This document shows, piece after piece, positions 1-8,600 of a DNA stretch of 64,000 bases. Every line of letters starts with the position of its first letter. The first letter of the stretch is position 1. The DNA is taken from positions 8,328 through 72,327 of the forward strand of contig CAVRGZ010000006.1 in NCBI GenBank assembly GCA_963720895.1. Direction: 5' to 3'. The translations under genes were made by a program, and so were the position numbers. The stretch comes from an uncultured Verrucomicrobiae bacterium (GTDB taxonomy: Bacteria > Verrucomicrobiota > Verrucomicrobiia > Chthoniobacterales > UBA10450). Below the pieces are notes generated by a model. It was not told the DNA's origin, made no database searches, and worked only from the letters and a program-made list of their open reading frames with translations.

Positions 1-104
1 GCCAATTAACGCTGTTTGTGGAGGTGGTGATCGCGAACGCTGCCACCCCTCGGATCGAGCTGATCCGGAACGCGTTGCAACTTTCCGAGCCTTACCTCAA
101 CTAG
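1..104 (+). CDS. 3' end of an unidentified upstream gene (partial, runs off the left edge)
   Basis: Frame 3 is open from the window edge to TAG at 102-104 (...LTLFVEVVIANAATPRIELIRNALQLSEPYLN*). There is no start in the window and no recognisable domain. Confidence 0.25.
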   Translation, partial: QLTLFVEVVIANAATPRIELIRNALQLSEPYLN

Positions 105-169
105 AGGCGGGCTTGAAAATGGGTTTTTTGTTGTGTTCAAGGCGACTGTTTTTTGCTACAGGGCAATCC

Positions 170-1444
170 ATGACTACGACAAGCACGAGGAATTTGGAAC
201 TGACGAGGCCGTCAATTAGGCAAACGCGGCGGTTTTTTGCCCGGATTGCAGGCGCAGCGATTGTCTTCCTGATCGCGCTCACTGCTGCGGCGACGGCAAA
301 AGCGACGACCGAGGTGATTTATAGTTTCACCGGTGGCGCGGATGGTGAATATCTCGACACCGATGTGGCGATCGACGCCGCTGGAAACCTGTATGGAACG
401 TCAGTCCTGGGCGGGACGTTTGGCGGTGGCACGGTGTGGCAATTGAGCCTGGTGAACGGTAGTTGGGTGCATACGGTGCTCTACGATTTCACTGGAGGAG
501 CAGATGGCGGTGAGCCCTACAAAGGTGTGACTCTCGACGCCGAGGGTAATCTCTATGGAACAGCCGTGACCGGTGGCTCAGGAAGCTGCGAAGGCGGTTG
601 CGGAGTGACTTACAAGTTGAGCAAGAACGGATCGACCTGGACACAGACAGTTCTGCACGCCTTTACGGGCGCAGATGATGGTTCTGGCCCTGGCTCGAGA
701 GTCACGCTTGATCAGAAGGGAAATGTCTATGGCATGACTCCGACCGGCGGCGCTTTCGGTTTAGGCACAATCTATACGCTGCGGCCGAAAGCCAATAACA
801 CTTGGAATCTGCAAGTGCTCCACGCTTTTACGGGTGGCGTCGACGGATCATCCGGTTCGGCTGGTAAAATGGTTTTCCATCAGGGAGCTCTTTTCGGCGC
901 GGCCACGACCGGTGGCGCCTCCGGTCACGGCACAATCTTCAGACTTAAACCGCAGAACCGAGGTCAATGGACCTTTCAATCAATCTATTCTTTCCAGGGC
1001 GATCTGGACGGGAGCTTCCCCTACGGCGGACTAACGATCGATCTTTCAGATAACATCTTCGGAACCACCTACTATGGCGGGCCGGACGGTCTCGGCACGG
1101 TTTTCCAATTATCGTTCGCCCGGGGCGGATGGGTGAACCTGGTTCTCTACAGTTTCAAGTCGGGCACCGATGGAAATAGTCCGATCAGTAATGTCGTCTT
1201 TGATACCATGGGGAATATTTATGGTACGACGAGCGAAGGCGGCCTGGGCAGCGGGACAATCTTCCAGCTAGTTCCGGTGCCGGGCGGTAGCTGGTCGGAA
1301 ACATTGGCCCATGTCTTTGCCGGCTCGCCTGATGGCGCGTTTCCTTATTCTGGGATGAGTCCGGGCGCCGACAATACGTTCTATGGCGCGACCGTGCACG
1401 GAGGCGCAAACGGGGAAGGCGCCATCTATAAGTTTACGCCCTAA
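170..1444 (+). CDS. Secreted Gloeo_Verruco-repeat (GloVer) protein, beta-propeller-like
   Basis: ORF 113..1444. It has seven ~55-aa repeats of the form [VL][LI][YH].F.GG.DG..P...L..D..GN[LI]YG[TM]T..GG..G.GT[IV][FWY].L, which is the Gloeo_Verruco repeat pattern. After Met170 the N-terminus is QTRRFFARIAGAAIVFLIALTAAATAKA, a signal peptide with a twin-Arg. The start is ambiguous (TTG113, ATG119 or ATG170). Confidence 0.8.
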   Translation: MTTTSTRNLELTRPSIRQTRRFFARIAGAAIVFLIALTAAATAKATTEVIYSFTGGADGEYLDTDVAIDAAGNLYGTSVLGGTFGGGTVWQLSLVNGSWVHTVLYDFTGGADGGEPYKGVTLDAEGNLYGTAVTGGSGSCEGGCGVTYKLSKNGSTWTQTVLHAFTGADDGSGPGSRVTLDQKGNVYGMTPTGGAFGLGTIYTLRPKANNTWNLQVLHAFTGGVDGSSGSAGKMVFHQGALFGAATTGGASGHGTIFRLKPQNRGQWTFQSIYSFQGDLDGSFPYGGLTIDLSDNIFGTTYYGGPDGLGTVFQLSFARGGWVNLVLYSFKSGTDGNSPISNVVFDTMGNIYGTTSEGGLGSGTIFQLVPVPGGSWSETLAHVFAGSPDGAFPYSGMSPGADNTFYGATVHGGANGEGAIYKFTP

Positions 1445-1704
1445 CGATCGCGCTTTTCGTCGCGATCGTCTGGATCGCGACGCCACCGAATTCCTAACTT
1501 TTTTAGGCGGAAGAAATCAGTTTCCTCAGCTCGGACGACCCAGACTTATCTGCCTTATTCCATCATCCTAGGTAGCGTCTTTTACTGAGGCCGTCGAGTG
1601 CTCAAGCCCGCTCCCGCTGCTCTGGGGCGAAGATTTTGATTGCTAATTTTGGGATTTTTAGAGACAAATCATGCGGACTGGACCTAAAGCCGAGATCACC
1701 CCGT

Positions 1705-3246
1705 ATGAAACATATATCCCCATCGCGCCGCTGCACTGTTCGTCTAGCTCTCCTCTGTCTTGCGTTGTTCCCAATCGGATCGTCTGCATCAAGCTCGTTC
1801 CTCTTCGAAGATACCGCCCTACTCGCGACCGAGCGGGCCTATCACACCGCGACACTTCTGCCTGATGGCAGGGTTCTCGCCGCCGGTGGCAATACCGGCT
1901 CGGACCCCACTGCAACCGCTGAAATTTTCGATCCGGCCACCGGCGTCTGGACGCCCACCGGGAGCATGAATCAGGCGCGCTACCGGCATTCCGCTACTCT
2001 GTTACAGAACGGACTCGTGCTGGTAGTTGGCGGGCTCAATAACGACGACAAATCGATTGATTCGACGGAATTGTATGATCCGGCGACTGGAAGCTGGACG
2101 ACAACCGGAGCGCTTGTTGCAGGCACCGCTGCACATTCAGCGACCTTACTACCCGATGGCCGCGTGCTCGTCGCCGGAGGCGGCAACCAGACCGGCGCCC
2201 TCGTTGCCGCACAGCTCTATGATCCGGCGACCGGAGTTTGGATCCCAACCGGGAACCTGTTGGCGGCGCGGCAACGGCACGGGGCGACATTGCTGCCGAA
2301 TGGTCTGGTGCTGGTGAGCGGCGGCAAGGGGCCGAGTGGAGCTTTAACGAGCGCGGAACTTTATGACCCGGCGACCGGAGCCTGGACCCAAACGGGGAGT
2401 ATGGCCTTCGCCCGTTTCCGCCATACGCAAACCTTACTGCTCAACGGACTGGTCTTGGTGGCTGGAGGCCTTGATGTTGAGGGGACCTCAAGCATCTCGA
2501 GCACCGAGCTCTACGATCCGGCCGCCGGGACATGGACCATGGCGGGGTCCCTGAATGTCGCGCGCGCGCAGCATACGGCGACGTTGCTCCCCAATGGCCT
2601 TGTCGCGGTCCTGGGAGGTTTCCATGGTCCAACCGCGTCCAGCGAACTTTACGATCCCGCCACCGCAACCTGGTCGCTCAGCGGCGACATGATCAGGCCG
2701 CGAGCGGCCCATCAGACAGTGCTCCTGCCAGGTGGAGACATTCTCGTCGTTGCCGGCTTCAATACCGATCCGCCCTCAAACGATCCTTTGTCCCCCCCAT
2801 TCGACGATTACACGCTCAAGGAAACGGAACTCGGAACCCTGGAAGGAAGTCCGACACCTACGCCGACTCCGACCCCAACCCCAACGCCCGCGCCAATGAT
2901 TGCTAGCCAACCGAAGAACCAGAGAGTTCAGGCCGGTGCGACGGCGACCTTCAGGGTTCTCGCGACAGGCACCCCACCCCTGATCTACCAGTGGGCCAAG
3001 AATGGCATTGAGATTCCAGGGGCTGTCGGAGCAAAGTACACGACCCCTCCGGTTACCGCGCAAGATAATGGCAGCATGTTCGCCGTCACGGTCTCAAATT
3101 CCGGAGGTAGCGTCACGAGTCGGTCTGCGACCCTTTTTGTAAGGCTAGCCTCGACTATGATCGTTCAACCTCCAGACAGGAGTGTTCCGGTGGGCCAGAT
3201 CGCCCGATTCGGATTCGCCGCAACGACGTTGTTCGATGGACGGTAG
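1705..3246 (+). CDS. Kelch-repeat beta-propeller protein with Pro/Thr linker and C-terminal Ig-like domain(s)
   Basis: ORF 1636..3246, with the likely start at MKHISPSRR (ATG 1705) followed by a signal peptide. About 7 repeats of ATLLP[DN]G.VLV.GG....L.S.ELYDPATG.W match the Kelch motif. A PTPTPTPTPTPTPAP linker follows (about 2851-2895). Next comes an Ig-like module (QPKNQRVQAGATATFRVLATGTPPLIYQWAKNGIEIPGA). A second Ig-like module starts (IVQPPDRSVPVGQIARFGFAAT) and is cut off by the stop. Confidence 0.8.
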   Translation: MKHISPSRRCTVRLALLCLALFPIGSSASSSFLFEDTALLATERAYHTATLLPDGRVLAAGGNTGSDPTATAEIFDPATGVWTPTGSMNQARYRHSATLLQNGLVLVVGGLNNDDKSIDSTELYDPATGSWTTTGALVAGTAAHSATLLPDGRVLVAGGGNQTGALVAAQLYDPATGVWIPTGNLLAARQRHGATLLPNGLVLVSGGKGPSGALTSAELYDPATGAWTQTGSMAFARFRHTQTLLLNGLVLVAGGLDVEGTSSISSTELYDPAAGTWTMAGSLNVARAQHTATLLPNGLVAVLGGFHGPTASSELYDPATATWSLSGDMIRPRAAHQTVLLPGGDILVVAGFNTDPPSNDPLSPPFDDYTLKETELGTLEGSPTPTPTPTPTPTPAPMIASQPKNQRVQAGATATFRVLATGTPPLIYQWAKNGIEIPGAVGAKYTTPPVTAQDNGSMFAVTVSNSGGSVTSRSATLFVRLASTMIVQPPDRSVPVGQIARFGFAATTLFDGR

Positions 3247-3547
3247 CGAGCTTCCAGTTCCTCCAGACGACTAATACAAGCTGGAACGATTTCCAGGGAA
3301 GACGTTTTCTCCTTTGTTCGATCCCCCTAAGGATTGCAGGGAACAAGCTGAAAAGTTGGGCCGCGCTAATTGGGATCCGTTTTAGATTGTGGGCGTGAGG
3401 CTGGTTCGGGTACCCTAATCGCATGTTCGACATTTTTCCGTCCACGCCCCTGCAAGCCAGCTTGGTAGACCGCATAAGTTCGGCCTACTTTTCGTTAGGC
3501 TGAGGAAAAGACACTCTCCCTCACCAACACCCGTCCTCGGAGGTTCT

Positions 3548-3934
3548 ATGAAACGAGTCACTGGCATTGGCGGCATCTTCTTCAAAGCCAAAGATGCTCC
3601 CGCACTGCAGGCTTGGTACAAGCGGCACCTCGGAATCGATGTCCAGGAATGGGGTGGCACGGCTTTCACCTGGACCGATAGTGAAGGTAAGCCGGTTGCC
3701 GGAACTACCGTTTGGTCGATTGGTTCGGCGCAAGGTGATCACTTTGCGCCCAGCACGGCAACTTTCATGGTCAATTATCGGGTGGAGGATCTCCACGCCC
3801 TGGTTAAAGTCTTACGCGAAGAAGGCTGCAACGTTCTCGACAAGATTGACGATTCCGAGTACGGGAAGTTCGCCTGGGTCATCGACCCAGAAGGAAACAA
3901 GGTAGAACTTTGGCAACCGCCTGCCGGCCAGTAA
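3548..3934 (+). CDS. VOC (glyoxalase/bleomycin-resistance/dioxygenase) family protein
   Basis: 128-aa ORF: MKRVTGIGGIFFKAKDAPALQAWYKRHLGI...FMVNYRVEDLHALVKVLREEGCNV...GKFAWVIDPEGNKVELWQP. This is the typical single-domain VOC fold pattern. Confidence 0.75.
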   Translation: MKRVTGIGGIFFKAKDAPALQAWYKRHLGIDVQEWGGTAFTWTDSEGKPVAGTTVWSIGSAQGDHFAPSTATFMVNYRVEDLHALVKVLREEGCNVLDKIDDSEYGKFAWVIDPEGNKVELWQPPAGQ

Positions 3935-4120
3935 TCAGGGCAATGGGGTTGGTTCGGATTCAGTTTGATAACTAAAGCCGTGTCGAAAACGACAAAGAAA
4001 AATGTCGTCTCCGGGATTTTTGTATCGGTCTTGCCAGCGGGAACGGACCGATAAGAGGCTTTTGGCGAGGGTGTTATATTTATTTAACATCCCTGGCACG
4101 CCTGTTGCATCACGTCATAT

Positions 4121-4495
4121 ATGCGCTTGCCTGGGGAAATCCTCACGTCTCTGGGGGCGGCGTGCATCGGGTTGGCGCTCGGCGGCTACGTTTCAGCGAA
4201 TTTTCCCCAGCTTTACCACGTCAGTAACATTGTGACGGTTGCACGTTGCGGTTTGGGTCTCCTAACCGGCTTTGTGCTCCTCATCATCGCGTATGGATTG
4301 CGCCGTCCGGCGTTGCTTGCGCGGTGGCTGGGTTGTTTCGCTTACATAATTTTGATGGGCTACTTTTTCTGGCGAACAGTCATTACATTAGAATTGCCTT
4401 CGTTCTTTGTTCTAATCGCATTCATCGCGGAGCTACCGTTCGCCCTCATGTGGTTGAGCTACGCCAAGCTCTTTTTTGGGCGAGAACAGAGATAG
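4121..4495 (+). CDS. Small integral membrane protein (unknown function)
   Basis: 124-aa ORF with about 4 hydrophobic helices (LGAACIGLALGGYV, GLGLLTGFVLLIIAYGL, FAYIILMGYFFW, FFVLIAFIAELPFALMWL). No recognisable family. Confidence 0.45.
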   Translation: MRLPGEILTSLGAACIGLALGGYVSANFPQLYHVSNIVTVARCGLGLLTGFVLLIIAYGLRRPALLARWLGCFAYIILMGYFFWRTVITLELPSFFVLIAFIAELPFALMWLSYAKLFFGREQR

Positions 4496-4813
4496 TTGAT
4501 CCGAAAGCGCGCTCCGAACCAGTAAACCGCCAGGGCGGTCGAGCAGGCCACCGGGGGTGGGCAGTGCGCGGCTAGGATTTGGTTGGTTCTGAAGAGCTAA
4601 GAGCCGAAAGTTTTCGAGAGGCAAAGAAAAGCTCGAGCGGCAGAGATCGTGGCGGGAAGCGCCGTTTAGGTTATGAAGAGGCCCTGCGCCGCAGGGCAAC
4701 CGATTCCAGGGCACTCCGCCCTACTGTTCGGCTCACAGCTTACCGGGAGACAGCACAACCCGGAAGCCGAGACGGCGGTCCTTGAGTGCCGGGAGGCCGC
4801 CGAAACCAGAATG

Positions 4814-5596
4814 TCAAGTGTTCCGTGCCGACTGCTCGAGATGCGAAGAGATGAGTTCGATCTCGGACCTTGTAAGCTCCGGCCGATCCTCATTTTGGAA
4901 ATAAGGTTGGACGTCATCAGCCGCGATCACGCGGACGTCGCTATCGTCGTCCCAGCTGTTTTTCACTTTCCAATCTCCGACGAAAACAACTACCGGCTTT
5001 ACAGAGGCCTTAACGCCAGCATCCCGAATCAAATCATGAACAACGCGGGCATTTCCCCTCGCCTGCTGGAGAGAATCTCGCTTTTCTTCGCGACCGCCAA
5101 CCAGGATCCCCTGCCCGTTCTTGAACTCGATCTCGCCCGAACCGCTACGGAACTTCGTTTCGACGGCAAAAACCCCCGGTGGCCCGACGACCACGTGATC
5201 AATATTGAACCCATCCCTAACGACGTCGTGGAAGCAACGGAAGTCGTTCGCGTCGAGTTCTTTCAGTTGCTCCGAGACGAACAACTCGCCGTGACTCAAT
5301 TTGCGGAACTGGCCCCAGAGTTGGCCGGATTTTATCGCTGTAATGCTCGTCGCGACGATCGCGAAGCAGAGATAAATCTTCGGTTCAGATGGCTGATTGG
5401 ACCGGATTTGAAGACCCATCACCAACCAGAGGACCCAGCAAAAGGCAGTCGCAAGAAAGAGCGGAATCAGCAAATTGTCCGTGATCCGCTCCTCCTGATC
5501 GCGCAGCGATTGACCAGGCGACCGACGAAAAGCCGGAGGCCGCGCCCATTTTTTCGACTCGGGAAACATCATCCAATCCGCTGTTGTCGGTTTCAT
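4814..5596 (-). CDS. NERD (nuclease-related) domain protein with two N-terminal TM helices
   Basis: The ORF track gives 4814..5977. The first 127 codons look non-coding, so I place the start at ATG 5596 (MKPTTADWMMF...). Two TM helices (LLIPLFLATAFCWVLWLVMGL, LCFAIVATSITAI) are followed by a NERD-type core: RCFHDVVRDGFNIDHVVVGPPGVFAVETKFRSG. Confidence 0.7.
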   Translation of the reverse strand: MKPTTADWMMFPESKKWARPPAFRRSPGQSLRDQEERITDNLLIPLFLATAFCWVLWLVMGLQIRSNQPSEPKIYLCFAIVATSITAIKSGQLWGQFRKLSHGELFVSEQLKELDANDFRCFHDVVRDGFNIDHVVVGPPGVFAVETKFRSGSGEIEFKNGQGILVGGREEKRDSLQQARGNARVVHDLIRDAGVKASVKPVVVFVGDWKVKNSWDDDSDVRVIAADDVQPYFQNEDRPELTRSEIELISSHLEQSARNT

Positions 5597-6136
5597 GCCA
5601 GATAAGGACGGGAGCAAAGAATATGCCAGACGCTGTTCATCGGCGCGGCGATCTTTGGCTTGGCTGGAGGCCAGGCGGGTCTCCGGCCCGGGCACAGGCT
5701 TGCAACTTTGGCGGACAGATTCGCGCTTTAGGGGTCCGGGTGAAACATTCCGGAATCCCAAATTCGCCGCTGGTCTGGAGTCGGAAAGTGGAACAAGCCG
5801 CCCGTGACTTACAGCCTGCGAGATATTCCTCTTCGACAAGAACAAGTCCGCACTCAAAAAAGCCGGACGGCTCAACGCGAGGAGTTCTTCGACTACCTCA
5901 CGCCCAAAAAACCTGGTTCCGTCACAATGCAGGCGGCTCTCTCGGTCGTCTACAGCGGGAAAATTCGGGCCTGCCATCTGATGGAAGTCCGGGTGCGACG
6001 GACTTCCGGGCGCAAAACGGCTCTTCCTGTTTGATGTCCCGAGAATTGGGCAGAATTTCAGATCGATGATCGGCGACCTTGCCGCAGGCGAAATTTCCTC
6101 TTTGACTCGCCGAAACGCTTTTGTTAGACGAACAGC

Positions 6137-6442
6137 GTGACTCGTCGCTCGCTCTCACAGATGGCAATCGTGGCTTTTGTTGTCACCTGCTGTGCCAAAG
6201 CAGACTATGCTTTTTCTCTGCCCGACGAACTCGTCGTATCTGTGGGCCCCCGATCCGACCCCGGCGACTTCGATCCCTATTTCAATCAGCCTAAAATTTA
6301 CCGTCAACCACGCTATTACGAATCAACGAGCAAAAAGACCAAAGGCAAAAGAGTGTTCAAGACGACAAAGGTCAGGGATCAATACGGTAACACGGTCTAC
6401 AAAAAGACCACCTCTCATAAGAAGAAGAAAAAGAAGCACTAG
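6137..6442 (+). CDS. Small secreted lysine-rich protein (unknown function)
   Basis: 101-aa ORF starting at GTG 6137 (alternative ATG 6161). The signal-like N-terminus is RRSLSQMAIVAFVVTCCAKA. The C-terminal half is very basic and ends KKTTSHKKKKKKH. No known family. Confidence 0.4.
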   Translation: MTRRSLSQMAIVAFVVTCCAKADYAFSLPDELVVSVGPRSDPGDFDPYFNQPKIYRQPRYYESTSKKTKGKRVFKTTKVRDQYGNTVYKKTTSHKKKKKKH

Positions 6443-6451
6443 TCCGCATTC

Positions 6452-6799
6452 ATGAAACTTCGGGTCTTTTTCTTCATCCTCTTAAGCATTGCAACCGTGT
6501 CCGCGTCCGATCTCGACTTCACGCTGGTGAACCGGACATCGCGAAGCTTTGAAGGTCTCTATATTACCGCCACTGACAACAAGGATTGGGACGCAAATAT
6601 CCTTCTCGACGGAAAAGTGCTGGCTGCTGGTGGAAAGATCCAGGTGCGCTTTAAGAATGAAGCGAAATCAGAAACCTGGGATTTCAACCTGGTAGACGAC
6701 GAAGGACTTTCAGTGACCCTGGGCAAGGTAAAGCTGGCAGGCGCTGACACGGTCACATTGACGGATGTCGACGGCAAGATCACTGCGGAGATTGAGTAG
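6452..6799 (+). CDS. Small secreted protein (unknown function)
   Basis: 115-aa ORF with a clear signal peptide (MKLRVFFFILLSIATVSASD) and a beta-rich mature part. It starts 10 nt after the previous gene, so co-transcription is likely. Confidence 0.55.
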   Translation: MKLRVFFFILLSIATVSASDLDFTLVNRTSRSFEGLYITATDNKDWDANILLDGKVLAAGGKIQVRFKNEAKSETWDFNLVDDEGLSVTLGKVKLAGADTVTLTDVDGKITAEIE

Positions 6800-7152
6800 G
6801 CGCGAACTTACTTCCAGGAGAAAGCAGTCTAAGTGGGATCGTTGGCGTGTTCGGCATCTTTCTTCCCATTTTCCCTGGACCCCCCGGCTAAAGTGATAAT
6901 GCGGTCCAACTCTTATCGCGGCCGGGTTGGTAGTGCCTCCCGTGCGATTGTGTAGCATTTTCGTCAGACGGTGCGATTGGGTCCGCACGAAGGGAAACGT
7001 CGGCCAGCCCCAAAACTGATCCTATTGGCCGGTCGCGGGTGTGGTTTGACTTCCGCTCGTGTGGCCGCTCTCTCGCTCGCCCTGCTGGCTTTCGAACTGC
7101 ATTTAGCCATAAATTTTCTTGCAACTTTTCCCGAATTCTGGCGAATTTGTTT

Positions 7153-8592
7153 ATGAACTTCCATCTCGGACAACGCCCCAGACCGACCCGTCTGGATAAC
7201 CGCATATCCCCGCCGTCTCGACCGCACTTGATCCTCCCCCTGATTTGTGCGGTTTCACTGGTAACAACAGCCCGAGCGACGACCGTGCTCGATCCGTTGC
7301 CGGAACCCTCGAGCACCCTCTTCGGCTACAGCGTCGCCTCTCTTGGAGACGTCAATGGAGATTCAGTGCCCGATTACGCAGTCGGAGCGCCTTACCAGGA
7401 TGGCGATTTTGTCTCGACCGTGACGGGCTTTGGGCTGCCGCAGAATGTTGGAAAAGTGCTTGTCATCGACGGAGCCACCTTGGCCACGCTGAGCGAAATG
7501 AATGACCCGGAATTTGAGCTGATACAGCCGCAGCATTTTGGCGGTCAACTGGGTTGGTCGCTCTCGGTCTCGAGTGATATCAATGGGGACGGGGTGGCCG
7601 ATGTGATCGCTGGGGTGCCGCATCACATTGCTGACCCAAACGTTCACGAGTCGATCATTAACGCGGGCAAAGCGCTCGTTTTCAGCGGCAAGGATGGCGC
7701 TCTGCTCTTTACTCTCCTGGATCCGGACGAACAGGAGGATGGCCTCTTTGGGAACTCTGTGGCCGCGCTGGGTGACGTCAATTCCGACGGGGTCGCTGAC
7801 TTTGCCGTGGGCGTACCTGGCCATGACATAGGAGACGAAGGAGATGGAGTGGCGAATGTGGGAACGGCTTACATCTTCAGCGGCAAGACGGGAGCCGTGA
7901 TTCGCACCCTGGAGGATCCTCCCCGTGGCGGAGAGGAGGCCGGTGCCGCCTTTGGGACGGCAATTGCCAACGCGGGTGATGTCAACAGTGATGGCGTTTC
8001 CGATGTCGTTGTGGGTGCGCCTGGCGAAGGCCGCGTTCATGTCTTCAATGGCAAGACGGGCGCGCTCCTCTATACGATCATCGGTCCCGAAACGGAATTG
8101 CTTACCTCCTTTGGGGCGGCGGTCGCCGGTGGGCAGGATTTCAGCAAGGATAAGAAGCCCGATATTGTTGTCGGTGCTCCTTTGCAATCGGGCAGCCGGG
8201 GCGCGGCCTATGTCTACAATGGACCTGATGGGACCTTGATTCGTCGCTTGAAATCGCCTGTTTCCCAGGCCTTCGCAAAGTTTGGGGCATCGGTTTACGC
8301 CGCGCCCGATCTGAGCGGAGATAAGCGGGCTGATATTATTGTTGGTGCTCCGGGCCAAAACGTGAACGGATTGCTCGGTGCTGGTCAGGCCTTTGTCTTT
8401 GACGGGGTTAAGGGCCGGCTTACGAGCACTCTGACAAGTGACAAGCCGCAAAGCAACGCCGGTTTCGGGACGGCCTTAAGTTCGATCCGTCCCGCGGGAA
8501 GCCAGGTCTCCACTCCCGTGGTTGGAGTACCTTACCAGGACTCATTCGATTCCATAACCCATCTGCAGATCGGCCAGATCGAGATTCAATAG
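7153..8592 (+). CDS. FG-GAP / integrin-alpha-like beta-propeller repeat protein, copy A
   Basis: The ORF track gives 7039..8592. I take the start as ATG 7153 (MNFHLGQRPRP...), matching copy B. It has repeated FG-GAP units with Ca-binding-like loops (FGYSVASLGDVNGDSVPDYAVGAP, FGNSVAALGDVNSDGVADFAVGVP, FGTAIANAGDVNSDGVSDVVVGAP, FGASVYAAPDLSGDKRADIIVGAP). Confidence 0.85.
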   Translation: MNFHLGQRPRPTRLDNRISPPSRPHLILPLICAVSLVTTARATTVLDPLPEPSSTLFGYSVASLGDVNGDSVPDYAVGAPYQDGDFVSTVTGFGLPQNVGKVLVIDGATLATLSEMNDPEFELIQPQHFGGQLGWSLSVSSDINGDGVADVIAGVPHHIADPNVHESIINAGKALVFSGKDGALLFTLLDPDEQEDGLFGNSVAALGDVNSDGVADFAVGVPGHDIGDEGDGVANVGTAYIFSGKTGAVIRTLEDPPRGGEEAGAAFGTAIANAGDVNSDGVSDVVVGAPGEGRVHVFNGKTGALLYTIIGPETELLTSFGAAVAGGQDFSKDKKPDIVVGAPLQSGSRGAAYVYNGPDGTLIRRLKSPVSQAFAKFGASVYAAPDLSGDKRADIIVGAPGQNVNGLLGAGQAFVFDGVKGRLTSTLTSDKPQSNAGFGTALSSIRPAGSQVSTPVVGVPYQDSFDSITHLQIGQIEIQ

Positions 8593-8600
8593 ACTAAAAC

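Noticed and set aside
2851-2895. A short tandem CCGAC/CCAAC-type repeat could be a microsatellite or a CRISPR-like repeat.
   Set aside because: It is in frame and encodes the PTPTPTPTPTPTPAP inter-domain linker of the Kelch/Ig protein. There are no spacers and no repeat array.
6888-7316. The minus-strand ORF 6888..7316 shares its N-terminal 46 aa with ORF 9886..10149, suggesting a conserved small gene.
   Set aside because: The similarity is simply the antisense of the duplicated promoter and 5' region of the FG-GAP unit. The translations are low-complexity and diverge exactly at the duplication boundary.
7363-8451. There are long antisense or shadow ORFs of 200-390 aa. Examples are 7363..8451 and 10196..11284 (minus), 4673..5605 (plus), 23800..24699, 26964..27896, 32212..33042, 39821..40606, 42478..43266, 59835..60578 and 62218..63348.
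   Set aside because: Each lies opposite or out of frame to a gene with clear family motifs. All have Arg/Pro/Gly-rich low-complexity translations typical of GC-rich shadow frames. None shows a domain signature.
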